DNA of 64,000 nt from Octopus sinensis (Eukaryota). The notes under the pieces were generated by a model. It saw only the letters and a list, made by a program, of their open reading frames with translations, did not search any database and was not told where the DNA came from. The DNA lies in assembly GCF_006345805.1 (NCBI RefSeq), contig NC_042999.1, forward strand, positions 56,544,001 through 56,608,000. The letters run 5' to 3'. Shown here one piece after another: positions 24,364-36,644 of the stretch (position 1 is the stretch's first letter; the number at the start of each line of letters is the position of its first letter). The position numbers and the translations under genes were made by a program.

Positions 24364-25324
24364 TGTCATATCTCTCAACTTGTCTTTCTTCCTTATTGCA
24401 TACCTTGTTGTCAGCTGGGCATGCTATATCTATGATCCAGCATAGTTTGTTCTCTTTCTCAATTAAGACTATGTCTGGCTTCCTATTCTCTATCTCATGG
24501 TTGGACTGAATTATGAAATCCTATAGGATCTTTGCATTTTTATTTTCGACAATGCCTTCGGGTTTATGGTCTGCACTCTTAACCACTATGCCATATGCTC
24601 TGAATAATGTGGTTGGGAGACGAGTTCCTTAACCCTACATCCATCCCTGTGCCCAAGCAATCCTAAACACATTCCCATCAACATTAAGTAGGGTTTTCTA
24701 AGTAAAAACAATATTTGTTGGTTTGGGTTCACCTGCCTGAACACACCCCTTCTTCTAGAATGACTTCCTGTTTAAAGGTGATCTCAATTTAAACCTTCCA
24801 TTAAAATTTCATGTTAATTAGTTCTTTGCACCATCTTAATGATGACAATAGCGATAATAATTTGGTGTGCTAATTCACTAAATCCTTTATTTACAAAATT
24901 AATTGAAAGAGAAATGGACTAAGGTAACCTGTTAAACCAGCTCAACACTAATGATAACAAAACTTAGTTTTAACTAATATCTTTTCTCGTCTTGGTACAA
25001 GGTCTGGACCTCTACCATCATCATCATCTGTTTCTTTACTACCCACAAGGGGCTAAACATAGAGGGGACAAACAAGGATAGACAAAGGTATTAAGTCGAT
25101 TACATCGACCCCAATGCGCAACTGGTACTTAATTTATCGACCCCGAAAGGATGAAAGGCAAAGTCGACCTCGGCGGAATTTGAACTCAGAACGTAGCGAC
25201 AGACGAAATACAGCTACGCATTTCGCCTGGCGTGCTAACGGTTCTGCCAGCTCGCCGCCTTACCATCATCATCATCATTATTGCTTGCTGTCCATGTTCC
25301 ATACTGTCATGGGCTGGACAGTTT

Positions 25325-26150
25325 ATAACAATAATGATAATAATAAAATTGTGTATTGTGCTCAGGTGCACTACAACTCATCAAAGGTGTATATACAGTA
25401 AATAGAATTATGTACAAAAGTCAGGAAAGTGAAGTGTATAAGTCATGATACACATGCGAGCATGCGTATGGAGTGGGTGGGGAGATATCAGGTGTAGTGT
25501 TGGTGAATTTCAGGAAGCATTGAGGTTTTGAAGGATGCAATATCTCAGCAACTAACAACTTATGCAGGTAGTTTGTTCCGTGCTTCAGCAACTCTGAGTG
25601 TGAAAAAATGTTTCGGAGAGTCATGGGAGCTGTGCTGTTTTCCGACTTTGTAGGAGGCATGCCCACGTGTGTTAGACAAATAGAGCTGAAAAAGGTGCTC
25701 AAGGTGGTTGTTGGCACGATGGTTAACAATTTTGTAGGTGTTTACCAAGTCTGTTATCAGGCATCAGAGCTTCAGTGTATTTATCATCTTATATGGATTG
25801 GATGAAGCAAGGTGTTCAGAGTATGGTAGATGCCTGATGGAGGGTATTCGCTTGGTTGCACGTCTTTGAACAGTTTCCTGGAGGTCAATATCCCGAGCAA
25901 GATAGGGGTTCCAGACTGATGATGCAAATTCCAAGTATGGCCACACCATAGCCATATACAGCCTTGAATAGATCGCTGGAGAGTGGCTGACAAAGTCTCT
26001 TGTTGAGTGATGCCAAGACACCCTCGGCCTTCTTGACTATTTTAAAGATGGGCTTTGTGCAGTGCAAATCACTGTGGACAGTAATGGCCAGGTCACGTCC
26101 ACATGAAAACATCTTGATACCAGTGTTGGTGAGAGAGTATGAGGATGCTG
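25325..26150 (-). mobile_element. CR1-clade LINE 3' fragment, same family as 15995-16700
   Basis: ORFs with [43 protein letters not shown]. Confidence 0.9.
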
Positions 26151-27571
26151 AGCTTGACAAGATCCAATGGGTTCAAAGAATGCATCATGCTCCACTCATC
26201 TGTTTTGGCATGGTTTCTATGAGTGGATGCCCTTTCTAAAGCTAATTACTTTACAGAGTGTATTTGGGTGACTTTTTTTATGTTACCAACAACACTGGTT
26301 GTCATGTAGCTCACAAAACTAAGGTTCCTTTTGACTGAGTGGAGCTAGAGATAGCTTTATGCTATGGGACATGAGGTAAAGTGAAGGGTTTGCTATGGGA
26401 CGTGGGGTAAAGTGAGAGGAAAGGGGTCAAAACATATCAGGTGTCTTTCTGGTGGAACAGGAATGAGATGAAAATAATGTTGATGTGGGTGCAGAGGGGC
26501 AGGAGAACTAGAAGTGTGTTGGAGTAATAATAATTAATACTTACCATTGTTTACTTTAATCAGATATTACATGGAAAACTCTAATATTGCTATTAAACAG
26601 GCAAGACATGTGGTGTCACTTCAAAGCATAGAATTTATAATTCAAACATAATTTCAGAATTTGTGAGAGTAAATAAGAGATGAAGAAGAAAAGTTGTATA
26701 TAAAGTCCCTTACAGCTGTTTCTAGGATAGCTGTGCGTATGTCACATGTCATTGAGCAAATATTTCCACATGAAAGTCAACTATACTGTCTTCAGAGGGG
26801 AAGAGTTAAGGAATATCTTTAATAAAGGACATTAGTCATTACCAGTTCCATTGTCAAAGAGAGAGAGGTAGATTATGAGGAACACAAGACAGTATAAAAG
26901 GAAGTGTTAAGTGCTTGAGAGTCAATAGGAGTAACTGGTGTAGAGAAAGCTTTGGTGCCTGATGCATGACCCAAGTACGTGACTGGTATTAATTGAGTTA
27001 AGGCGGTGAGCTGGCAGAATCGTTAGCACGCCAGTGAAATGCTTAGCGGTATTTCGTCTGCCACTACGTTCTGAGTTCAAATTCTGCTGAGGTCGACTTT
27101 GCCATTCATTCTTTCGGGGTCGATAAATTAAGTACCAGTTACGCACTGGGGTCAATATAATCAACTTAATCCGTTTGTCTATCCTTGTTTGTCCTCTCTG
27201 TGTTTAGCCCCTTGTGGGTAGTAAAGAAATAGGTATTAATTGAGTCACTTTTCAAGGAGGATAAATGGAAATTGGAATCCGCAGAGCAAGTTGACATCCA
27301 TGTTCCAAGCTGGCCTGGTTTGACAGGATCCAGTGGGGCCTAAGGTTGCCCATTCCAGTGCCTGTTTTAGCATTGTTTCTAGACTAGATGCCCTTTCTAT
27401 TGCCAACCGTTTTACAGCACAGTTGTTGGGTGCTTTTTCTCATTCCACTGGCACCAGTGTGGTCACCATGCAGCTTGCAAGATTATGAACCCTAAGTGGG
27501 GAGGGAGAACTTTATGCTAAGAGAAGGACTTGTGTGTGTGTGTGGGGGGGGAGTCTTGGCATTGCATCATA

Positions 27572-27838
27572 CAGAGTGATTCAAAAGTCACCATACATAG
27601 AAACAATTTATTTTTTTATGAGAAACAATTTATAAGAACAGTTTATTTTTTTTATTTAACAGGCTCTATGTGGTTGCCCTTGTTTTGAATACACATTGCA
27701 ATACGTTGCCTTTCAAATTCCCCCAAAGATAGAAATCGAGAGGGGTCAGATCAGGGGATCTAGGGGATTTTATAAACTGTCTCTTATAAGAAAGAAAAAT
27801 AAATCTTTCTTATGTATGGAGACTTTTGAATCACCCTG
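27572..27838 (-). mobile_element. Internally deleted Tc1/mariner element
   Basis: TIRs CAGAGTGATTCAAAAGTCACCATACATA / TATGTATGGAGACTTTTGAATCACCCTG with TA TSD; internal RSPDLTPLDFYLWG on minus strand. Confidence 0.9.
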
Positions 27839-28210
27839 TAGTTGTAAGCATGTGTCAGTATCTCATACAAGCAATGTCATTCATTTGAGTCGTCTGTGAA
27901 AACTCATCGAATCATGGATGGGGAAATATTTCCTCACTTGGAAACAGGTGAAGGATTGATATCTGACCACCATTGAAAATCTGTAGCAACAAATTCTGTC
28001 CAATTGATGCTAGCTTGAAAAACTGGACATTCAAATGGTGGTGATGTATGTGCCTGAGCATGTCTGTAAAATAATACCTTGATAAGTATTTGTCCAAATG
28101 GAGACACCTGGCTCTGTGGTTAGGGCATTGGACTCTTGGTCGTAAGATTGTAGTTTTGATTCCTGGACAAGGCAATGTGTTGTGTTCTTGACCAAAACAC
28201 TTCATTTCAC

Positions 28211-28472
28211 CCACGGGCATATGGTGTAGTGATTAAGAGTGCAGGCTGCTACCTCCAAGATTCTGAGTTCGATTCCAAGCAGTGACCTGGTTAATAATAT
28301 CGAAAAATACCTTAGGAATAAGAACCCAGGTTCGAAATTTCACCAAGACACCTGATGAAGGCTGGAGGGTATATCAGCCAAAACATTGTGTTAACAACAA
28401 ACAAGATGAGGACAAATATCCGTCAAATGTAAATAATGTACATAATTCCTCATCTCTTAAATATAGAACTAT
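28211..28472 (+). mobile_element. Hammerhead-SINE nested inside a SINE of family C
   Basis: tRNA-like head; CTGATGA 28352-28358; perfect stem II; 11-bp TSD act(c/t)tatttca-like at 28199-28209 / 28473-28483. Confidence 0.88.
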
Positions 28473-28659
28473 ACTTTATTTCATGTTGCTCCAGTCCACT
28501 CAGCTGGAAAAAATGAGTAATCGTGTGATGGACCGGTGTCCCGTCCAGGTTGGGGATATATACGCCATTGAAATCAGGAAACTGACCCTTATGAACCTGG
28601 GGCAAGGCTCAAGAAGGAAACATTTATGTATTTGTCCAACCCATGATAGCCTCATTGAA

Positions 28660-28960
28660 GGTGCATGGCTCAGTGGTTAGAGTGTCAGGCTTATGATCGT
28701 GAGGTTGTGAGTTCGAATCTCGCACCGGGCTGCGTGTTGTGTTCTTTATTTCATGTTGCTCCAGTTCACTCAGCTGTAGAGATGAGTTGCGACATCACTG
28801 GTGCCAAGCTGTATCCGCCTTTGATAACATCAGTGGTGTGGAGGAGGGAGGCTGGTATGCATGGGTGACTGCTGGTCTTCCATAAACAACCTTGCCCGGA
28901 CTTGTGCCTGTGAGGGTAACTTTCGAGGTGCAATCCTATGGTTAGTCATTTCCGAAGGGG
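28660..28960 (+). mobile_element. tRNA-derived SINE family C with CORE-like body (other copies ~28100-28640, 38725-38945, 45778-46000, 60165-60300 on +; 45555-45690 on -)
   Basis: A box tggctcagtgg, B box gagttcgaatc, body gtgttgtgttctt...tttcatgttgctccagtccactcagctg. Confidence 0.8.
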
Positions 28961-30149
28961 GTCTCAGCAGATAACCTCAGAAAGAGGACATAAAACCAAC
29001 ATCTTGAATGAAGCCCTTTTGACTCCTTAATCTACAGACTATTAATGTCTGTTGATCCCATTCCATAATCATAATGGTTTTTAATTTTAGACACAAGGCC
29101 TGCAATTTTGGGGTAGAGTTGATAACATCACCCAAAGTACGTAACTGATACTTTACGCAGTTAAAGATGCATCTTTGAAAATGTGGTGGAGTCATGGTTG
29201 GAAGTTCATTCATCATAGATATGCTGAATTCGTAATCAAAACACAATGATACTGGGAGCGGGGTGGGCTGGGTTTACTACATTTGACAATTTTGGTAGTT
29301 CATTGTTTTGAATGGATTGAAAACCTTTTGTGATCCTGGAAGTATCCATGGGAACTTATTCCAAGTTTATTCAGGTCAGATCTCGAAGACTGTTTTAGGT
29401 GAAACCTACAGAAGGGCACATTTGTAGTGCTACCTCTGCTGCTGCTTCCACTACTACTACTACTACTACTACATGCATTCAATGTCACCATCCAGAGAAA
29501 GGTCACTCATCTGCCCACTACAATATCTTGTCCACCAACATGCTGTATCCTCTCACTTCTTTTCCTACTGTTACTACAATGGTCTCTGCTCTTTGGTACT
29601 AACTGGTCTTGTACCATCTCCACTCTGGCTCTTACTCTTTCATCTCCAATGTTATGTGTAACTAGAAACCATGCCAAAACATGTGACTGGGGCCTGGTGC
29701 TGCTCTCTGGTTCGCCAACTCCTGTCAAATCGTCTAACATAGAAAATCTGTTATATGGTAATGATGAGAGTCACCATCACTACACCATTAATGACTAAAA
29801 CCAGTCCTTCCTCCCCAAATTGTCATCCTACTAGGAATACCTCCAAACTCACGTTTTTCTTGTAGTTGTCAACTGATGACAATTTCTGTAGAACATTAAC
29901 AGTATCATTCTCACCCACCTTGGACAACCAGCAAAGACTTTGGGCCTTGACTGTTCTGAAGATATACTTACAAAAACAAAAAATGAGTTATAGTACATGC
30001 TTACCTCCCTTGCTTTCTTGTTTTAAACATATTTCTTTTACTAATTTTCCATCCATCTTCTCTGCCTACAATTCTTGGAAGGGGAGTCGGGGGCAGGGTG
30101 TCAAGTCTTCAGATATCATTTTTGTGGGGTTCTGTCAGGAGCAATGGTC

Positions 30150-31900
30150 ATTATACTTTGTGGCTGGGTTCATAAGTATGACCATCTGATATGTCCTCCA
30201 ACCATCTTCCACACATCTTGCCAATGAACATAACTCAGAGGAACCCCATTTCGGCCACTTGTATTCATGATCGCCCTTTCGGTCATTACCCAATATTCAT
30301 GACCAGAGGCAAGGACAAGCATGAAAACCGAATTGAAGAAAGTAAGTTTGGCTTTTTTACCAACCTCTCTTCTTTTGAAGATGGAATGCTGGAATTGGCT
30401 CATTACTGAGCCAACACTTGTAATTCTAGCATCCAATTTAGCCTCCTGCTTCCCATCACTTGTGAATATGACCCTGAGATACTGAAACTTCTCCGTGTCT
30501 TGGTGATGTGTCACTAATATGCAGAGTGCGCACTGAGATGAGGTTCTCGAGAGGACCAATGTCTCAATCATCAAAACACACATTCTCATCCCTATTTTGC
30601 AGCACTCAAAACAATGAACCCATTGAAAGTATCCTTCTGATGGACCAAGTAGCACCATGTTGTCTGCCGAGATCAGCCAAGTGTGATCCCACACTCGCTG
30701 ATTGTGATACCACTTCCACAATGGCTGCACACGTCAACCCACTTCATAAAAAATTATGAAAAGGAGAGTTGACAATACACATCCCTAGCAAAATCCAACA
30801 CCCACATTGAAAGGTTTTGACTTAGCACCATTTATCTGAATACGAACATCTGGGAATTGGTAAAGTGACTTCACAGCAACCAGAATTTGCAAAACCCTCC
30901 ACAGCATGTCTCAATGTCATATGCCTTTTTAAGGTCCATAAAGCAAGAGCACACCTCTTGGCAGAATTGTTAGCACGCTGGATGAAAATGGTTATGTTCT
31001 GAGTTCAAATTCTGCCGAGGCCAACTTTGCCTTTCATCCTTTTGGGGTCGATTAACTAAGTACCAGCTATGCACTGGAGTCAATGTAATCGACTTAATCC
31101 CCTAGTTTGTCCCCTCTATGTTTAGTCCCCTGTGGGCAATAAAGAAACAAATATTTCACATTTTCTTAAAGATTTACTATAAAGTAAATATCTGGTCAGT
31201 TGTGCTTTGACTATGATGGATGCCACACTGTTCTTCAGCAAACCTGGGTATGACAATTTCCCTATATCTTATTTCCAAACACCTAGCCGAAATTTTATCA
31301 GAGAGGCTCAACAAGGAGATCCCTCTATAAATAGGGCACTCTCTCTTGTCTCCCTTGTTGTAAAAATTAGAATTATCATCTGACATTGTTGTTACTTTGA
31401 TATCTTTCCAGAGGTCCAAGCCACCAGGCATTCACAAGTCAGCTAAAGGATACCTTCTCTATTTAAGACTCAGGTCAAATTCCATTCTCTCCAGCAGCCA
31501 TATCTGAACACTTTAATTGCCTCTGTGACTTCAACCTCTGTAGGGTTAGTCTTCAACCTTAGATGCACCTCATGTCCATCAGAAGATTTTATCGTGACTG
31601 GATTTAGGAGACCAGCGAAATATTCTCTCCACCTCCCAAACATGCTCTTCTCTGTAAAGAAAATCCCAACCAAGTTCTTAATTTTTGGAAGAGGGCTTCA
31701 TGTTACAAAGACAGCAAATAGTTTGTCAGAATATTTTATTGACCAATCTAAAGCTAGTGTCCAGCTTCACCTCAAAGTCCTCCCATGACTTAGCCTTTGA
31801 CATTTTTATTCGGTATACTGCCTGCACCAAAAAGGGAGACTTGTTTCCAAACCAAGCTTTGTAAGCTTCCTTCTTTGCCCACATGATATTTTTAATTTTC
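30150..31900 (-). mobile_element. Degenerate RTE-clade LINE RT fragments, interrupted by a SINE at 30958-31150
   Basis: KGDKRECPIYRGISLLS...EEQCG...STTDQIFTL; FQYL.VIFTSDGKQE..LD.RI. Confidence 0.85.
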
Positions 31901-32339
31901 TGATTAACCCATTAACTGTCAAATTTATTTATTTATTGGCTTTGCCAGGTGACTCAGAAGTTAAAATAATATATAGTAAAGTGGTGAGCTGGCAGAATCG
32001 TTAGCAAGCCGGGCGATATACTTAACGGTATTTTGTCTATCTTTATGTTCTGAGTTCAAATTCTGCTGAGGTCGGCTTTGCCTTTCATCCTTTTGGGGTC
32101 GATAAATTAAGCACTAGTTATGTACTGAGGGTCGATCTAATCGACTGGCCCCTTACCCCAAAATTTCAAGCCTTGTGCCTAGAGTAGAAAAGGATATATA
32201 GTATTTAAATTTTCATCATATGTGAATTATTTTGGAAATGATAAATTTTTCGGAAAGTCCCAAATGGGGATCACTAAAAAAAAAAAAAAAAAAAAAAAAA
32301 GCGTATTTATCCTTTTCAATTCAATTGCAATAACAAACA

Positions 32340-33050
32340 GTACGAGGGCCAATCAGGCGGTACTGGCATCTTGAACAGTGCTTTTTATGTGCCACCGGCA
32401 CGAGGGCGAGGCAGGCGACATTGGTAAATATTTTAAAACAAAAAAAACATATCCATCGACTTATTGCAAAAAAAGAAACCCCTTCCACCCCTCCACCTCT
32501 AGTGTATTTTTTATTTTGCTTTATTTCATTTCATTTCCCCTACATTATTGTACCTTATTCTTTTTTCTACTTCTTATCATCTCCCCCCTTACTTATCCTG
32601 CTGACGGTGTTGCCCTGTTGTCTTAACAAAATCTTAGGTAATGTTATCTGCTTGAATAAAAAATAAAATGGTCACGGCTGGGCTGCCCTTAAATATACAC
32701 ACGGCTAAATAAAGATAATTTTTTTTAACCCTCTATAAGAAGGAATAAAAAAAAGACCCGAGCGGACGTTAAAATATTTGCAAGAGTTGCTTCCCTTAAA
32801 CTATTTCAGTCGTAAGGATGGCGTTTTACAAGGGAGGTAAATCTTGCAGCCATTTTCCACTACAGTCATTATACTTTAATCTTCGAGGTTTAAATATTTA
32901 GTCATTGTAATTCAGACGTATGAATGTTCGAAAATAGTCCAATTGTGACCATCTCGTCGTTTGATTCGTCAGATTAACTATAACTTTTGTATAAAAGTTA
33001 TAGTTAATCTAAAAATCTCTGATGCCTATAAGCTAAGGAATGACTAAAAT
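32340..33050. promoter_or_regulatory. Putative orphan promoter / CpG-retaining island
   Basis: About 20 CpGs by hand count in a CpG-depleted window; YY1-like ATGGCG (+) and AAAATGGCTGC (-); mostly unique sequence; no linked gene found. Confidence 0.4.
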
Positions 33051-34537
33051 GGTTTAGAAGCTCACTTAGCAACCTTGTCGATTTGGGTTCAGTCCCACTG
33101 TATGGCACCTTGGACAAGTGTCTTCCGATACAGTTTCCAAGATGACCAAAACCTTGTGAGTAGACTGGCGAGTCGGAAACTGAAAAAAGACTGTTGTATA
33201 TGTGCGTGTGTGTTTATAAGTCCTTTGGCATTTTGTCGTGCTTGAGAAAACCCATCAAGCTGAGCAAAATTGCAGTCATACCAGTGTCACGCAAATTGGC
33301 ACGTAAACGCAACCCGGTTTCATGCAAATGGCACATAAAAGCACCCATTACACGCTCGAAATGGTTGGGGTTAGGAAGGGCATCCAGCTGTAGAAATGAT
33401 GCCAAATCAGACTGGCGTCTGGTGCAGCCTTCCAGCGTACCAGCCCAGTCAAACCATTCAACCCATGCCAGCATGGACAACTGACGTAAGTAGCGGATTT
33501 AAAAAAAAGTACTCCGGTTAATTCCTTGGATTAAAATTCCTCAACATGGTGCCACAGCATAATGAGTGAAATAATGTAAAATATATATATATATATAAGC
33601 TGATTAATATATTGTATATACAAACATGGTAGATGGAAACTGTGCTGAAGCCTGTTGTATATTTTTTGTAGATTGTTGTACATCCATGAAAATATGAGTT
33701 GATACATTGTGCTAACAGTGAAAATATGTTAGTAAAATCTCTTTTGCTATTATTGTGTTTGGAACATAAATTAACACAAAATTTAGAAGGAAGGTTTTAA
33801 TTTAAATCCCTTCAAAACAGGAAGCTTGTATCAAAAGGGTTAAACGAACTCCTGTATTTGACTGGGACTTTGTTATAAACGAATGAAAAGTAAAGTTGAA
33901 CTCAGAAGGTAGAAGTTTATACTCAAATACTGCAATGCTGCACTAATTCGACCATTCTTACTGGAAGAAAGTCTATCAATAATTAGGTTTGATAGTTTAT
34001 AGAAATACGTGAGAACTTTATAGAATGTCCAATCAATTATATTGGTCTCTGCTTGGTGTTGTTGAACTCTAGGCCATTCTGACCTACAATCAAAAAGATC
34101 CTTTTTGTAATGATTCTGCCTTATTTTATCCAGACATAGTCTACCCTGGACTACATTGTTCAATGTCTCCTTTTTTAACATAGCAGAGGATTGTTTAAGT
34201 GAGATTTGGTTGCTATTTCCAGCAAGTCAAATGACCATGTAGAGGCTCTCTCATTGGTTTAGTCTACTGATATTTTTTTATTTACCAAAAGGTAAAACTA
34301 TTGCTTCTGTTCATTATCAATTGATATCATTTATAATTTTCATGAGAAATGTTTATAACTGTTTCATATCTTATTTATCACATAGATCAGTAATACCACT
34401 TTAATAGCTAACAAATGATTTAATTATCTTGTCTCTTCATTAGTAGGCAATTAGTGATATCAAAAGCCTAACGACTGATATAATTATCTTATATCTTCAA
34501 TACTAATAAGGGGTTCATAATAATGAAAGTTGCACAT

Positions 34538-35128
34538 TAGGGTGGAGTGAGAATAAAAGATTATGGAAATTGAAAATGCCTGAGGGCTAAAACGTTGCCA
34601 TATTTGATTCCTAAAAAAATGTAAAATTTTCGCTGAGATCAATCAAGTGCATTTACTTCCTTAAGCTCCCTAAACTCCGAAAATGGGGTGTTTTGTAAAC
34701 TTTTTATGATAGCGTTGTTTGGCAGATTTGAGGGAGTAAATGCATTTTTCTAGTAATAGATTTTAGACCTCAGGCCTTTTCAATTTGCACTCCATCCTAG
34801 ATTACACAATCTATATACCCACACATATGTCTTGGTGGAGTGAAAATAAAAGTTGTAGAAATTGAAAATACCTGAGGCCTAAAATCTTGTGGATATTATT
34901 ACTAGAAAAATGCAAAATTTTTGCTTAGATCAGTCAAGGGCACTTATTCCCTCAAAACCCACCAAACTCTGCTACTGTAAAAAAATTTACAAAAGTCCCC
35001 CATTTTTCGGAGTTTAGGGGATTTGAGAGAGTAAATGCCTTTAATTGATCTCATCCAAAATTTATAATTTTTCTAGTAATTTTAGCCCTCAAGCATTTTC
35101 AATTTCCACATTTTTTTTTTCACTCCAC
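34538..35128. mobile_element. Two tandem foldback MITE units (34538-34799, 34834-35128)
   Basis: Each bounded by (TAG)GGTGGAGTG...CACTCCA(C/TCCTA) and ~50-bp inverted arms gaaattgaaaat.cctgagg.ctaaaa. Confidence 0.8.
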
Positions 35129-36015
35129 AGTACATTGGCCTCATGGGTGCTGGTGCCATGATAAAAGCACCCAGCACACTCTAAATTGATTGGTTTTGGA
35201 AAGAGTAAGGAATTATTGAAATCCTGCCAAAGCAGACACTGCTGGAACATGGTGCAGTTCTCTGCTCTGTTGCACAACACATTTCTCTGATTTGTCAGTG
35301 TCTGTCAAAGTGTCCAATACATTCCCCGGAGAGGACATGGATGTTAAATGATGATGATAATGATGATGGTGGTGGTGATGATAAGGATGGTTCTTTCTGT
35401 CAGTCTTTTCTTGCCAACTTCTGAATGACAGGAACATAAACAAACCATCACTGGTTATTAAGCAGTGAGAAACAAGACATACACACATACATTGAGCTTT
35501 CTCACAGCTTCTGTCATCCAAATTCACTGAATCAGCATTGGCCAGCCTGGGGTTATAGTGGAAGACACAGGCCCTGGGTGTCACACAATAAAACTGATTC
35601 TAAAATCAGACGGTTGCCAAGTAAAATTCTGAACCACACAGCCAAAGCTGCACATTTATCGATGACATCAATAAAATAAAAACTGAAGACTAACATATCT
35701 CTAACCCTAAACATAATCTAGCAAGAGGGTTACCCCTGTCTCTCTAATCTCTCAGCTGAGAGGTCCTTGTCTTGTGAGCTTTGCATGTGCTGGTTCACAT
35801 AAAAAACCCACCCATGCCAGTGCCAGGTTTAAAGCACTGGTGCTGGTTCCACATAGAAAGCACCCAGTACATGCTGTAAAGTGGTTGGTGTTAGGAAGGG
35901 CATAAGCTGTAGAAACCATGTCAAAGCTGACAACTGGAGCCGGGTGCAGCTCTCTGGCTTACTTGCTCCTGTTAAACCCCACAGTGAAAACTAAGTTTTC
36001 AAAAATTAATGTTAA

Positions 36016-36644
36016 CCCTTTAACATTTAAACTGGTCATGTCAGGTGCAAATGTCCTGTTTTATGTTGTTCCTGGTCAGATCTGGCCCCTCACACTCACC
36101 TTACAATATCATTCTAAAAACTAAACAGTCACATCATTGAAAGCTAGAAGATAATGCATGATTAATTAAAAACAATGTGATAATGCTAATAAAATAGCAT
36201 GAACAGGATAAACTATCCATACATTGCATAAAAATACATTACCAGCTAGCCATGAGACTTGAACTCACATCCCTGTGATTACACGGCAAGTGCTTTACCA
36301 TTAAGCTAAACTGCCCAGTAATGAATTCTTCTGCAATTTTAGAACTTATAAATTTAGCTTCTTAGAGACTAACGTTAAATTCAACTTACGATGAAAGTAA
36401 ACAAAGTTTGGTTTAGAAGCATTGAGATGTACTGAAAGATACAGAAATAATTTTTTTTAATTCTCAAATGCGTGATAATGCCAATAAATAGTGTGAACAG
36501 GATAAATTCTCCATATATTGCAGAAAAATACATTACTGACCAAATGCTTCTAAAACAAACTTTGTTTGTTTTCATCCTAAGTTGAATAAAATAACTTGAA
36601 TTAATAAGCATTACATTTGACAGAAGAATCTGAAGGCAAAACAA
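36016..36644 (+). mobile_element. piggyBac-like MITE with nested tRNA-SINE material (tRNA-like head at 36243-36316 on -)
   Basis: TTAA|CCCTTT left end; TTAA at 36645; related fragment at 57500-57612; head ggcagtttagcttaatggtaaagcac...gagttcaagtctc resembles 54068-54140. Confidence 0.6.

Noticed and set aside
28977-29798. Several 60-120-aa ORFs on both strands
   Set aside because: Driven by (TAC)n/(GCT)n repeats; no homology or consistent exon chain.
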